A DNA stretch of 64,000 nt from Octopus vulgaris. Taxonomy: Eukaryota. The first letter of the stretch is position 1, and each line of letters opens with the position of its first letter. Below are positions 26,274 to 40,745 of the stretch, in pieces. The DNA lies in NCBI GenBank assembly GCA_951406725.2, contig OX597835.1, forward strand, positions 22,568,001 through 22,632,000. The letters run 5' to 3'. Under the pieces are notes generated by a model. It saw nothing but the letters and a program-made list of their open reading frames with translations. It made no database searches and was not told the DNA's origin. A program made the position numbers and the translations under genes.

Positions 26274-27402
26274 CATATATGTGTGTGTGTGTGTGTGTGA
26301 AGCAGACAGTTTATAGTTTTACTTTAGGCTGGGCTGTTCATGATCATCTTAAACATGAACACACACCAGTTGAACATCCAGGTTATCTCCAATTAAATTC
26401 TATGCCCTTCGTATTGCTACCATCATTTTCATCATTTCCAGTTGTCTCCGACATAATGTCTGTAAGTTAGAGACCAGAGGCTAGGTGAAAGGAATCAGTG
26501 AAGCAAGACCAAATAATCAGATGAGAAGACATTGTGAAAACAGTGTTACTGACCTTGGCAATTCTAAATGATTCACCAAACTGGTCTTGCAGGTGAACAT
26601 AGAGGAATGGTCCTTGAGATTTGTGTATGCGTATCTGTGCTTAGCACCACACACACACAATCTGATGCAAGCTGAAGCTTGGTGTATAAATAATTGATAC
26701 ACACACGCATACACACACACACATATTACCATACCTGTTTAATGTATTAATTAGGGTTACAAAAGAGTTTTGTATGGTCACTCAAGCTGTTAGAAATGAC
26801 AACTAAATCTCCTTCAAATCATCCTGTTTTAAATAGGAGTACGTGTTGAATCACGTAGTCCTCTGTTGCAATGTCTGAAAATAAGACAAGATGGACATGA
26901 CTGGGATGACTTTCATCGTCATAGCTATGTCTATCCAAAGCTCACCCATGGCTTGACAATAACACCAACTATAGAATATGGGCATGGCTATGTGGTTGAG
27001 AAACTTGCTTCACAACAAGTCTCGACATCACCCAATGGCTGTAAACAAGCATCACCATTATAGAAGTGGTGTTGTTTGTTTCTAGCCTTCTGATGAAAAA
27101 CATGACTGGCCGTGGGGAAATATTACGTTCCAGCTTTAGAAACCATGCCAAAGCAGACATGCCCTCTACATCCTTCTCTCAGTCAAGAGATCCTAGTTTT
27201 GCAGGATTGTTGGTGCTGTTGCCGTGTAAAAGCACATAGTACACTCTGTAAAGTGGTTGGCATTAGGAAGGGCATCCAACCATAGAAACCATGCCAAAAC
27301 AGACAAATAGAGCATGGTGAAGCTCTCCAGATGTCAAGTCATCCAACCCATACCAGCATGGAGAACAGATGTTAAATATTGGATGATGATAATGATTTTA
27401 TC

Positions 27403-28060
27403 ATCACCATCATCGTTTAACGTCCGTTTTCCATGCTAGCATGGGTTGGATGGTTTGACTGGGGTCTGGGAAGCCAGGAGGTTGCACCAGACTCCAATCT
27501 GATCTGGCAGTGTTCCTACAGCTGGATGCCCTTCCTAACTCCAACCACTCCGAGAGTGTAGTGGGTGCTTTTTACATGCCACCGGCACAGGTGTCAAAGG
27601 AGGCTGGCAATGGCCACGATCAGTTAGTGCTTTTTACGTGCCACTGGCACAGAAGCTAGTCAGGACGGCACTGGCATCGGCCACGTTCGGAGGTGCTTTT
27701 TACGTGCCACCGGCACGGGTATCACAACTACAATCTCCATTTGATTTTTATTTTGATGTTGATGTACTTGACTCAATAGGTCTCCTCAAGCACAGCAGGT
27801 CACTCTACGATCCAAGGTAAGCACAGCAGGCCGTCCTGTGATCCAAGGTACTTTGGATGAGCTGGGGCTGCTATGTGAAGCTGGTGCAGGAAACAGCCAT
27901 GAACTCACGGTATTTGTTGGGTCTTCACAGTCACAGCATATCTTCAGCGGTCTCGGTCTTTCGTCATTGCCTCTGTGAGGCCCAACGTTCGAAGGTCATG
28001 CTTGACCACCTCATCCCATGTCTTCTTGGGTCTACCTCTACCCCAGATTCCTTCAACTGT
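27403..28060 (-). mobile_element. RTE-type LINE 3' end
   Basis: Minus frame EGIWGRGRPKKTWDEVVKHDLRTLGLTEAMTKDRD followed by the family 3' UTR and (GAT)n. Confidence 0.8.
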
Positions 28061-28082
28061 TTGGGAGTAGCACTTTTTGAGC

Positions 28083-28428
28083 GGGCCTCACAGAGGCAAG
28101 GTGGCCAAGTTTCTTTCAAGCGTTGGGCCTCGTGGTGGCAGTGACCAAGACCTTTGGTATTATGTCATGCTTGAGAAGAAGACCCATCAAACTGAGCAGC
28201 ATCGCAATTGTGGCAGGTACCGGTGTCATGCAAATGGCACCTGTGCCGGTGGCACGTAAAAGTACCCATTACACTCTGAGTGGTTGGCATTAGGAAGGGC
28301 ATCCTGCTGTAGAAAACCATGCCAAATCAGACTGGAGTCTAGTGCAACCCTTCAGCTACTAACCCTGGTCAAACCTTCCAACCCATGCCAGCATGGACAA
28401 CAGACGTTAAATGATGATGATGATGATG
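28083..28428 (+). mobile_element. RTE-type LINE 3' end, head-to-head with the previous copy
   Basis: GGGCCTCACAGAGGCA...CTTGAGAAGAAGACC, 3' UTR and (GAT)n tail. Confidence 0.75.
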
Positions 28429-29189
28429 TGGATGCTGAAACCTTGAAAAGGATAAGGGCAGAATGGAAGGCATTTATCTTAATGAAAGATAAGCTCAAAG
28501 CAAAGCTGGACTATTTGTGCTCTTATTTGCATATTATTGGTTAAGACAATTGACCAATGAACTATGGAATGCTGTATAATCTAGTATATCCACAGCATTT
28601 GTATTGTAAAACAATTGACTGCTGCTAAATAAATCATTTAACTGATGTTTACACACACACATAACTGATGTTTACACACACACACACACACACACACTCA
28701 TCGTCATCATCATTGTTTTAATGTCCACTTTTGTATGCTTGCATTGGATATAGTTTATGAAACAGATTTTCTGTGACTGGGTGCTCTTCCTATCACCAAC
28801 TCTCACCTGTTTTCAAGCAAGACAATAATACTTCCCACAGAAAATTGGAAATAAAGGATGCAGCCTGAATGACTACCACACATTGTCAACAGCAAACAAA
28901 AAAAATGGGACACACACATACACACACACACTGCTTTCAGTTCCTGTTTACCAGATCTTTTCACAAGACTCTGGTCAGCATGGGGCTATAGTAGCATGGA
29001 CCCGCACAGTTGGATTGAACCTGAAAATCCCATGGTTGGAAAGTGAACTTCTTACTCACACACACACCCATACCTGTGTCTATTCAATGTAAAGATAAAA
29101 AGAAAAAAAAAAGACATCTTCCAAACCATAAGTGACAAAAGGTAGAGCAAAGAATATGGTTTTCAAAAGTATTCTCTCTTTTGTCCACT

Positions 29190-29596
29190 TTACTCTTTTA
29201 CTTGTTTCAGTCATTTGACTGCGGCCATGCTGGAGCACCGCCTTTAGTCAAGCAAATTGACCTCGAGACTTATTCTTTGTAAGCCCAGTACTTATTCTAT
29301 CGGTCTCTTTTGCCGAACCGCTAAGTGACAGGGACGTAAACACACCAGCATCGGTTGTCAAGCAATGCTAGGGAGACAAACACAGACACACAAACACATA
29401 CACACTCATACATATATATATATACATATATACGACAGGCTTCTTTCAGTTTCCGTCTACCAAATCCACTCACAAAGCATTGGTCGGCCCGGGGCTATAG
29501 CAGAAGACACTTGCCCAAGGTGCCACGCAGTGGGACTGAACCCGGAACCATGTGGTTGGTTAGCAAGCTACTTACCACACAGCCACTCCTGCGCCT
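29190..29596 (-). mobile_element. SINE family A, full length
   Basis: Reverse complement of the family A consensus. Confidence 0.88.
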
Positions 29597-29795
29597 ATCA
29601 TTTTCAAAGTTAAAACCTGAAAAAAGAAAAATTACCCCCACCCCAACCCCACACATTATTTATTCTTTGATTCTCTTTCAACTTGTAACAATCTTTATTG
29701 GTTTCTTTAAATAGCCATTGAATTACCCTAGTTACTGTTAGTATTCTTAATGTCATTTATATGGAAATTTTAACTGTTTATTTCCCTCCCTCCCT

Positions 29796-29833
<38 letters not shown>

Positions 29834-30532
29834 TCATCATCATCGTTTAACATCCGCCTTCTATGCTGGCATGGGTGGGACTATGTAGATAGATAAAATT
29901 TACACTAAGTACACTGTATGGAATTTCTATCTATTCCATTGTACAATATGGCTGCACAAGGTGTGTAATAAGATCGCTAGCTGGCTGGCAGAGAAGGTAG
30001 ACTGTCTGCATAACAAGTGCACACGAACAATGAGCAATAAGAGTGCATATGAAATAGATTCTTCTAAATGCCCAGGAGGCTTCCAAGAAAAAAAAATTTG
30101 ATAACTTTTGTTACGTAGGTGACCTAATTACCAACGAGGCAGGTGGAGAGTATTCCAAAAGGGTAGCTACTGGAATAATAGGAAATGGTTGGTACATGTC
30201 CCGGGAAGTTTTGCTTTTGCTGGCAAATAAGGGGCTTCTCTCTGAGAGAGAGAGAAGGGCAGATTAAGATGTGATGCTGTGAACTTTGGCATGGATTTTG
30301 AATGTGGAGGATTTGTGAAGGCTGCAAAAAAACCAAGTTGAACCTGCTCCTCTGGAGACCTAATATTAATTAGTCTTTTACTTGTTTCAGTCATTTGACT
30401 GCAGCCATGCTGGAGCACCACCCCAGGACTTATTCTTTGTAAACCTAGTACTTATTCTGTCAGTTTCATTTGCTCAACTGCTAAGTTACTGGGATGTAAA
30501 TACACATCAGTATCAAGCAGTGATGGTGGGGA

Positions 30533-30577
<45 letters not shown>

Positions 30578-30984
30578 GACAGGCTTCTTTCAGTTTCTGT
30601 CTACCACATCCACTCTCAAGACTTTGGTCAGCCTGAGGCTATAGTAGAAGACACTTACCCAAGGTGCCATGTAGTGGGACTGAACCTGGAACCATGTGGT
30701 TGGGAAGCAAGCTTCTTAGCTCATAGCCACTCCTGCACCTATAGTGTGCATGATTTTTTTTGCTTCAAATTTTAGCGCAAGGCCAGCAATACCAGGTGGA
30801 GGGCATTAGTTGATTACTTCAACTCCAGCTTTTGATCGGTCCTCATTTTTTTGACCTTGAAAGAATGAAAAGTAAAGTTGATCTCAGTAGAATTTGAACT
30901 CAGAATGTGAAGAGCTGCAGGAAATGCTGCTAGGCATTTTGTCCAACTTGCTAACAATTGAGCCAGCTCACTGCTTAGCACTTA

Positions 30985-31190
30985 CAAAGTGAAGGAAAAG
31001 CTGGGTGTAAGAATTGGATGTGGCACATGTGATGCATGTGTGGACATGTGATGCATGGAGAATGTCAGCCATATAAAACACCGAGCAATCTTAGTGGAAA
31101 GAACCAGTAGGAGACGGAGACCGAGGAAGACTTGGGACCAAGTGGTGAAGACTGATCTCAAGAGGCCAAACCTTATGAAGGAGCTGACAT
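30985..31190 (+). mobile_element. RTE-type RT C-terminal relic
   Basis: ...LVERTSRRRRPRKTWDQVVKTDLK matches the RGRPxKTW motif. Confidence 0.65.
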
Positions 31191-31202
31191 CTTTCTTTCT
31201 TT

Positions 31203-31409
31203 CTTTTTACTTGTTTCAGTCATTTGACTGCGGCCATGCTGGAGCACCGCCTTTAATCGAGCAACTCGACCCCGGGACTTATTCTTTTGTAAGCCCAGTA
31301 CTTATTCTATCAGTCTCTTTTGCTGAACCGCTAAGTAACGGGGACATAAACACACCGGCATCGGTTGTCAAGTGATGTTGGGGGGAGGGGACAAACACAG
31401 ACACACACA

Positions 31410-31457
<48 letters not shown>

Positions 31458-31580
31458 ACGGGCTTCTTTTAGTTTCCGTCTACCAAATCCACTCACAAGG
31501 CTTTGGTAGGCCCAAGGTGCCACGCAGTGGGACTGAACCCGGAACCATGTGGTTGGTAAACAAGCTACTTACCACACAGC
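31203..31580 (-). mobile_element. SINE family A
   Basis: Reverse match to family A with an internal deletion. Confidence 0.8.
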
Positions 31581-32386
31581 TTGTCAATTATGGTCATTTT
31601 AAGTTTCCATCTCACACCCTCTCTGTTTCTCTCTTCATTACTTTTTTCATCCATTAAATTACTCTCTTTGCTCTTACTCTGCTTCCCTACTATCCTTCTC
31701 TCCCTCTCTCTTCCCCCTCATCACATCCACTACCTGTGTACAATGGAAGGGGTTGGCATCATTGGATTTGTTCATATTCAGTCTTCTATTACTACACTTT
31801 ATTGCTAGCCATCTCTCTCTCTCTCTCATCTTTATTGCTGTCTCAGATGATTTTCATTTCCATTATTCTCTCTCCCATTACCCTGTCTTTCTCACCCCCT
31901 CCCCCGCTGCACACCACTTATGCTTTTTTTTTCTCTACTAAATCTATTTACCAACAAACATATATCTGACAATCACTCCCTCTCTCTTTCTCTCTTCTGT
32001 TACACTCTTTCTCCCATTACTCTCTCTCTCTCTCTCTCTCTCTCTTGGTTTCTTCTATTAGTCTCTTCTCTGTCACCCTTTCACTCCTATCACTCTAAAT
32101 TCCCCCCTCTCACTCTCTCCCACTTCTGCTACCCTTTCACTCTTATCACACTAATTATCCTCTCTCTCTTCCTTGTTACTCTTTCCCTCTCACTCTTCCC
32201 TGTTACCCTTTCTCTCATCACTCTAATTCTCCCCCCCTCTCTCTCCTATCACTTTCTCACCCTGTTTCTTTCTCTTTCATCGCACATCTCTCACGCTCTC
32301 AGCCTTATTGCTTTGAATGAACACAGCCGATGGAGGATAGGGCAGACTCTTTAGGCTTTCTGGGGATAAGACAACCTCTTTAGTAC

Positions 32387-32614
32387 TGGCGAGCTGGCAG
32401 AAACATTAGCACGCCGGGCGAAATGCTTAGGGGTATTTCGTCTGCGTTACGTTGTGAGTTCAAATTCCGCCGAGGTCGACTTTGCCTTTCATCCTTTCAG
32501 GGTCGATAAATTAAGTACCAGTTACGCACTGGGGTCGATGTAATCGACTTAATTCCTATGTCTGTCCTTGTTTGTCCCCTCTGTGTTTAGCCCCTTGTGG
32601 GTAATAAAGAAATA
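32387..32614 (+). mobile_element. SINE family B, full length
   Basis: GGCGAGCTGGCAGAA...GAGTTCAAATTCC (A/B boxes), central GGTCGACTTTGCCTTTCATCCTTTC.GGGTCGATAAATTAAGTACCAG domain. Confidence 0.85.
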
Positions 32615-33508
32615 GGTATAAAGATGAAATGCACCCACCGCCATACATTCTGTAGAATGGTTAGCACTAGAAAGGCTATCCAACTGCAGAAACCATGCCA
32701 AAAATATATCATATGCAAGTGATTCCTGTTTAATCCACCGACCATATCGTCTTTTATGCTCATCTTTTTGTACCCCGAGTATTTGCTCTGGCACCTCATC
32801 ACTACCATTTTTATCTTCATTTTCCCAGTTACCATTACGTGCGCTTATCTGATGCAGGGCAGTCACATCATCATCATAATCATTTAATGTCCGTTGCTCT
32901 TGCTGGTATGGGTTGGACAGTTTGACCAGAGCTGGCAAGCTGGAGTGGGAGGGGGGCTGCACCAGATTTCAGTCTGATTTGACATGATTTCTATGGCTGG
33001 ATGCCCTTTCTAATGCCAACCACTCTACAGAATGTGGTGGGCACTTTTATGTGACACCTCACGGGCACTTTTATGTGACACTGCACAGGCTCTTTACACC
33101 ATCAGAAGGATCGGTCTTAACATTTCTGCTGCAGGGAATGGGTCTTCTTGAGTAGGCCAGGTCCTCTGCCATCTCCTCTATAGTAAGACAAGCACCTGTG
33201 ATTGTCCCTCTCCTCTCCCTAATGTCCTCTCTCACACACTTAGTTGAGGGAGCTTTTTCCCCTTTTCTGTTCTTTTTGTGTTGCAACTTAACGAACCTCA
33301 CTTGTGCTGGTGGTACAAAAAAAATAAATAAATAAAAAGGGCCCAGTACACTTTGTAAGATGATTTGCTTTAGGAAGGACATCTAACTGTAGAAAACATG
33401 CCAAGGCTGACGCTGGAGCCTGGCACAACTCTGTGGCTTGCAGGATCCTGATATACCATCCAACTCATTCCAGCATGGAAAAGGGATGTGAGATGATGAC
33501 AATGATAA

Positions 33509-33820
33509 TATAATGTCACCTGATCACGAGACTGACTAGACTATCGACTGTTATACATCACTGATCACAATGCACTTTGCATCGTTTTAGCTTTTGAATG
33601 TTACCACCTCATTGGCTTGGGGGAGCAGGATAACATCTCCTCTGACTGGAAGGGTATTCCATTGCAGGGTGACACCCATTTACAGCCAGGTGGACTGCAG
33701 TGATGTGAAACAAAGTGTTTTGCTCAAGAACTTAACGCGCAGCTGGTCCGGGGATCGAAACTACAAACTGAAGGTTGTGAGTACGACACACCTAACCACT
33801 AGGCCACATCCCTTCACATC
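33509..33820 (-). mobile_element. Diverged tRNA/CORE-like SINE
   Basis: tRNA-like head at the right end; near-identical inverted copy at 36800-37025. Confidence 0.7.
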
Positions 33821-34416
33821 TATAACATATAGGAACTTAAAACTAATATCTGTGGTTAGAAAAGCAATCCATGAGCTTTTATTCAAGATAGCTTTACAAA
33901 CACTCAGTAATAACAAGCATTAGATTTACGGTGACGATAACTTGAAAAGCCTTTATATATAAAAAAAAAGCAACAACAACAAAAAATGGGGGGAAATTCT
34001 CATATCGCAATAGTAATATATATGAAAGGAATGCCTACAATGGTTACCTAGATTACTTGTTGGCAATATTTATATTCTGTTCAGCGTTATATTCTCCCGA
34101 AATTCAAAAATATATGATCAAATACCAATCAAACACTCAACTGGAGTTCTTAACACATTTTATTTCATTCTCTGTCTCTGTCTCTCTCTCATACACTTCT
34201 TCTTACACTTTCTAGTTCACATTCCTTCCACACACACACACTCTCTTTCTCTCTCGCTTAGATTTTCTATTTCATTTTCACTCTTGTTTCTATTCTATTC
34301 TTTCTCCCCCCACCCGCAATATGCATTTCTGTGTGTGTGTGTGTGTGTGTGTGTTTGTTTGTCTCTCTCTCTCTTTCTCATAACTTTTATACTCGTTCTT
34401 TCCATATCTCATCTGT

Positions 34417-34460
<44 letters not shown>

Positions 34461-34596
34461 TACTATACTTTCTGTATGTATTGAGTGAGACGTTGGTTGT
34501 GACGGCGGTGATGGTAGTAGAGGAGGTAAAAGGCCCCTCTTTATTCATTTCCAAATATTTTTTGACAATTTCCTAGCAATGAAATAATCTTTCTAT

Positions 34597-34628
<32 letters not shown>

Positions 34629-35203
34629 CGCCCCATTGGTGTGCAGTCACTATATTAAAAAATGAAAGTATTGTCACTATTTTTCCAACAATTTTTATCT
34701 ATTGCACACGCACATGTGTGTGTGTTTGAAATAGTAGTTTAAAAAAAAAGCATACTTTGCAAGTGAGAGGTGTCAAACTTGATGAAAACAAACCATGGAT
34801 CATCCCTCCTCGCTTGAGTGCTCAGCTGTATCAATATATCTTCCTCTCTGTTTGCTGTAGTAGTAGTAGTAGCAGCAGCAGCAGCAGTAAAGTATTATGT
34901 GTATGTTTGTTTGCTTACTATTTCAGAGCAAAAATAGTGTTTCACTTGTACAATCCATTTACAAGAACAATAAATAACTAACAATTGTGTGTGAACTCTT
35001 AACACACACACACACACACACACATGCACACACTAACTCTGTTATTGGTAATTATTGCTGTTATTGTTGTTATTAATGTCATTTTCATGGTCATGCCGAG
35101 CCAAATATGAGAGGCAGGTGTGGCCTTGAACTTCTGTGCTCTGTTTGTTTGTCTCCAACTACATTGTGTTACTATAGAAACCATTGATAATTTTGCTTAA
35201 TGG

Positions 35204-35252
<49 letters not shown>

Positions 35253-35511
35253 CCATTTAACACTAGTCATTGTATTTCCCCCTGAACACTGAAGAGGTAA
35301 ATTTACAACCTCATGTAATGTTTTCAACTGCAATTATGTAATCATGATGATAATTTGCTGAAACACATGTATGTTTTCTGGAGCACTGAGCACCATACCT
35401 GTTTCTTTAATTTTATATGTGTGTGTATATATACAGGGTGTCCCAAAAGTTGCTGATGGGTTTCAATTTTTAATAGCTTCCTTAACTTTACAAATGAATG
35501 CATGAAATTTA

Positions 35512-35900
35512 GGCGCAGGAGTGGCTGTGTGGTAAGTAGCTTGCTTACCAACCACATGGTTCCGGGTTCAGTCCCACTATGTGGCACCTTGGGCAAGTGT
35601 CTTCTACTATAGCCTCGGGCCGACCAAAGCCTTGTGAGTGGATTTGGTAGACGGGAACTGAAAGAAGCCCGTCGTATATATATGTATATATATATTTGTA
35701 TGTGTGTGTATATGTTTGTGTGTCTGTGTTTGTCCCTCCAACATTGCTTGACAACCGGTGCTGATGTGTTTACGTCCCCGTAACTTAGCGGTTCGGTAAA
35801 AGGAGCCCGATAGAATAAGCACTAGGCTTACAATGAATAAGTCCTTGGGTCAATTTGCTCGACTAAAGGCGGTGCTCCAGCATGGCCACAGTCAAATAGT
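35512..35900 (+). mobile_element. SINE family A
   Basis: Near full-length match. Confidence 0.85.
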
Positions 35901-36185
35901 AAATAGTATATAAACAATATAAAGGACATAATTGAAATTAATATGCACAAGTCAAATTTTGCAACACCACTACATCACATATGAAAAATGACAGCGCTTA
36001 AAATGGCAGTTATTTTTGGCTTTGCACACCCATGCTCTTCCCAAAACTTGTACCATAACACCCTCAAGGGTTTCAGACCCCACTTCTCTGATTTCTTTAT
36101 TGATGGTCTCCGGTTTGTTGATGTAAACCCTCTCTTTCAGGTATCCTTGATTGAGACCTTTCTTTTTTGCCCGACCATTCAAAGT

Positions 36186-36295
36186 AGACCTGACACATGG
36201 TTCCAACAAGACGGGGCAACTGCTCATACTGCAAGAGAAACAATGCAGTTGCTATGGCAATGCTTTGGAGAGAGAATCATCTCCCACTATGGCAA
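36186..36295 (+). pseudogene. Tc1/mariner-superfamily transposase catalytic fragment
   Basis: PDTWFQQDGATAHTARETMQLLWQCFGERIISH (FQQDGAxxH motif around the second catalytic Asp); TIR-like TACAGGGTGTCCCAAAAGT at ~35432. Confidence 0.8.
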
Positions 36296-36382
36296 TGTCA
36301 ACTTGACTATATATGAGCCATATATGAGTCAGTCAGGCGGTACTGTATATATATGAGCTATATATGAGTCAGTCAGGCGGTA

Positions 36383-36431
<49 letters not shown>

Positions 36432-37466
36432 TATATGATAGATTATCTTAGCCTACAGATGAGCTTAAGATCATCTCAACAAAGAAAGGACTTTAAACAT
36501 CAAAATGTTGAATATAGCTTTTAATACTCTTGACAACTGGACATGGGGTTTTCAAACTGCTAGAAGCAATTCTATTGGTTTCTTTTCAAGAACACCTAAA
36601 GTATATTCTGTTATTGTTTAGCCTCAGGTTACAGCCATTTGAGCGAATTCTTACTCAACTATATCCTAGGTGTGACTATCCCCTCTTTTGGTAAAACGTA
36701 GCTTATTTAGCACTATATTATCTAATGTGTACTTTGAATCGTGTCATTGTGAAATGCTGCAATTAGAACTGATATCATTTCTAAATTTGTAAAGTGATGG
36801 TTTAGTTCGTAGTTTCGATCCCCAGACCAGCTGCATGTTAAGTTCTTCAGCAAAACACTTTGTTTCACATCACTGCAGTCCACCCACCTGTAAATGGGTG
36901 TCACCCTGCGATGGAATACCCTTCCAATCAGAGGAGATGTTATCCTGCTCCCCCTAGCCAGTGAGGTGACCAATGATATATAACAGTCGATAGTCTAGTC
37001 AGTCTCGTGATCAGGCGACATTATAGACAGTTCTTTCGTAGGGTGGGGCGTTGGCTGCTATTTCTAGCAGGTCAAGCTTCCTTTACTGGTTTCAGTTGGC
37101 TGCTGTTCTTGCTCATCCCTTCTATGTCAACTGTTTTCAGGTCATCCTGAAATATCTGTTACTGAGTCATCTTTAGCCTCCTCATTTTTACACCTGCTGA
37201 CAAGTGGCACCCAAATCAAGACCAATTTCAAGTGCTTTTCGTCAGCCAGATGATAGAAATGTGGCCAGTCACTCACACATGCACACACACGTGTGAACAG
37301 AGAGTGTATCTTTTACCTTTTGGTTATTTCAGTGATTTGACTGCTGCCATGCTAGAGCACCTCATTCTAGGGTTCATTTAAACAAATTGACCCCGGCACT
37401 TTTTTCATCCTGATAATTTTTCTATCAGTCTCTTTTTGCCGAGCCGCTAAGTTACAATGTTTTTAA

Positions 37467-37685
37467 CACTTTTGTATTTAAACTGGCCATATCCGGCCAA
37501 AATAGCTAATCTGTTTTATGTTCAAACTTACCAGATCCAGGCCCTCACACCTACCCTACAATGTCATTCTACATTAAGTAATTACACCATCAAGATCTTG
37601 AAGATATGAGATAATGCATGATTAATTCAAATCAATGGGAATCAATAGGCATTGTGTTTGATAGAATAATCTGAACACTAAAGGG
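37467..37685 (-). mobile_element. piggyBac-like MITE
   Basis: TTAA on both sides, ...AAAGGG|TTAA terminus; inserted within a SINE A copy. Confidence 0.75.
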
Positions 37686-38364
37686 TTAAACAAAGCAGCA
37701 CTAATTGTCAAGTGCCACTAGGGGACAAACATACAAATAAACAAACACACATACACACCTGGCCTCTTTCAATTTATGTATATCAAATTCACTCACAAGG
37801 CATTGGTTGGCCTAGGGCTATAATAAAAGACAATTGCCCAAGGTGCTGAGCAGTGGGACAGAACCCAAGGCCACTTGGCTGGCAAGTAAGTTTCTTAAGC
37901 TCACAGCCACACCTGCACTTAGTGTGTGTGTGATTAGCTAATCTCCCGTCCTTAGTTTCCTATCCGTGGTAAGTAGCTTGATTACTAACCACATGGTTCC
38001 AGGTTCAGTCCCATTGCGTAGCACCTTGGGCCAGTGTCTTCTACTATAGGCTTGGGCCGACTAAATCCATGCGAGTTAGCGCGCCGGGCGGAATGCTTAG
38101 CAGTATTTCGTCTGTCGTTACGTTCTGAGTTCAAATTCCGCCGAGGTCGACTTTGCCTTTAATCCTTTCGGGGTCGATAAATAAAAGTACCAGTTTCGCA
38201 CTGGGGTCGATGTAATCGATTTAATCCCTTTGTCCTTGTTTGTCCTTTCTATGTTTAGCCCCTTGTGGGCAATAAAGAAATATATACTATGTTATATTGC
38301 ATGTTCATTGCTTGACTGGCGTTGGTCATAGTCTTGCTTGATTTAGGCTGACTTGGGGCTAAAC

Positions 38365-38553
38365 CAATGCTCTGCAACCAGTGTGCCATGGTGCACTGGT
38401 GTGTCACAGGACGATGCGAGGCATGCCACAGTGTAACTTGAATATAATTTTTTTCCCCTTATACTTTTAGCTATATTTTTAGTTCAGGTGTGCCGCCGAA
38501 TTTCGAAAGGAATTTAAGGGTATCACAAGTGAAAAAAATGTTGCGGAGCACTG
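38365..38553. mobile_element. hAT-like MITE
   Basis: CAATGCTCTGCAAC...GTTGCGGAGCACTG termini; 8-bp TSD GGCTAAAC/GGCCAAAC. Confidence 0.75.
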
Positions 38554-40187
38554 GGCCAAACGGCAGCTACCACCCACTGGCACCATCTATTCACTTCAAT
38601 TGAGCCATTAGCCATTAACCATTTCAAGCTCTATTTCACCGCCACAGCCTCACCCCTACCTTGCTTCAGTTTTTACCACAAACCGCTGTTGTTGAACCTA
38701 TTCTTATTTCCTCAATTAATCATTTCTCACTCTCCATTCTTTCTCACCATACATGTAACAACTTGTCGTAATTCCTCCTTTCACTTTCTGCCTTGTTGCT
38801 TGTTATTGAAGCATTTTGTCTTAAAAGCGTTGTTTATTTATGAAAGACGCAGGTGTGACTGGCTGGTTTAAGAAGTTTGCTTGCCAATCACATAATGGTT
38901 TCAGGTTCAATCTCATTGCGTGACATCATGAGCAAGGATCTTCTACTATAAAAAAAAAAAAGCACTTGGTTGGTTACAACGACGAGGGTCCCAGCTGATA
39001 TCAATGGAACGGCTTGCTTGTGAAATTAACGTGCAAGTGGCTGAGTACTCCACAGACACGTGTATTCTTAACATACTTCTCAGGGAGATTCAGCGTGACA
39101 CAGAGTGTGACATGGCTGGCCCCTTGAAATACAGGTACTACTCCTTTTTGCCAGCTGAGTGGACTGGAGCATCATGAAATAAAGTGTCTTCCTCATGTCA
39201 CCAGGAATTGAATTCACGACCTTGCAATCGTGAACCAAATGTCTCTAACCACTAAGCCATGCACCTTCTACTATAGACCTGGGCTGACTAGAGATTTATG
39301 AGCAGATTTGGTAAATGGACTACTGAAAGAAGCCCATTTTGTGTGTGCATGTGTATTTGTGTGTATAGATAGGCCCTATTCTGCACATTTGTATGCATGC
39401 ATAGGCCCTATTCTTCTGCATTCTGTATATAGGCAAGCTTTGTTCTCAGTGTTGTATGTCACTCTTATTTCGTCCATTATGTGGACTAAGTTTACATGTG
39501 TAAACTTGACGTGCTTTTTATCTCCACATCCACAAACATGCCTGTTCACTGATTTGATCTCTCCCCCACTACACACTCACACACACACACACACACACAC
39601 TCTCTCTTTCTCTCCTCTCTTTCTTTCTCTCACTCTGATATTGACACCTGTCTCGTATCCTTTATATCTCCCTGTCTCCTTCAATAACATCCTCTGATTC
39701 CTGTATTTTCTACTCGCCTACTTTTCTCCCTTCCGTAGGATTTCATCACATCCGCCCCCACTCTCCCATCTCTCCCTCCATTGACTAATTCCTCTTTCTC
39801 TGCCTCCTCATCTTCCTCTCCTTCATATTCTATATGGTTTACATGCTCTGTTGCTGCCTTGTATTTTACTTGTCAACAGAATATTACTTGCTTACTACTT
39901 GGTGTGGTTACACACACACACACACAAGCATGTACATACATGCAGTCACATGCATGCAGTCACATGCATGCACAGTGTATATATATATATGGATGAGAAA
40001 AAGAAAATGGAGAAACTGACATATAGACATCAGTTTATTCAAATCAATATATTATGAAATTCTTATCCCTACAGCCGTTTCCATAGCCAATTAATTCAAT
40101 TAAGGAAATTAAATTGAATTAAATTAAAATTTTTATATTGAAACTTGTTAATTGGGCATGCATATATATATATATATATATATATAT

Positions 40188-40503
40188 TGGCACGTAAAAA
40201 GCACCATCCGAATGTGGCCGATGCCAGCGCCGCCTTGACTGGCTTCCGTGCCGGTGGCACGTTAACAGCACCAACCGATCGTGGCCGCTGCCAGACTCCC
40301 CTGGCACCTGTGCTGGTGTCATGTAAAAAGCACCCACTACACTCACGGAGTGGTTGGCGTTAGGAAGGGCATCCAGCTGTAGAAACACTGCCAGATCAAA
40401 CTGGAGCCTGGTGCAGCCTCCTGGCTTCCCAGACCCCGGTCGAACCATCCAACCCGTGCTATCGCGGAAAACGGATGTTAAACAATGATGATGATGATGA
40501 TGA
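40188..40503 (+). mobile_element. RTE-type LINE 3' UTR
   Basis: Family sequence with a (GAT)n tail. Confidence 0.75.
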
Positions 40504-40509
40504 TATATA

Positions 40510-40745
40510 TCATTTTAGCTGCTTTCTCATATACAAGCAAAGCCATTGCTAGAAAAAATCGTTGAAACGAGTTGGTGTTAATGCAATGTGAGAATCTTGA
40601 GATCAGCGAAAGTTTTGCACATTTTATTACATAATGCACAGCTGTGCTGGCCGGCCGAAGGACCAGGTACCTGGGTACGAACCCTTTTGACATGCCTTTT
40701 CAATCCTCCAACTGAGAGGCACACCTTTGCACAAGTTGCACATGC
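40510..40745 (-). pseudogene. Decayed tandem C2H2 zinc-finger relic, probably a LINE C-terminus
   Basis: CATCAKVCLSVGGLKRHVK and CALCNKMCKTFADLK; second finger disrupted; no splice signals seen. Confidence 0.55.

Noticed and set aside
36310-36390. 41-bp tandem duplication ATATATGAGTCAGTCAGGCGGTACTGT
   Set aside because: Two copies beside (TA)n; simple slippage duplication with no further structure.
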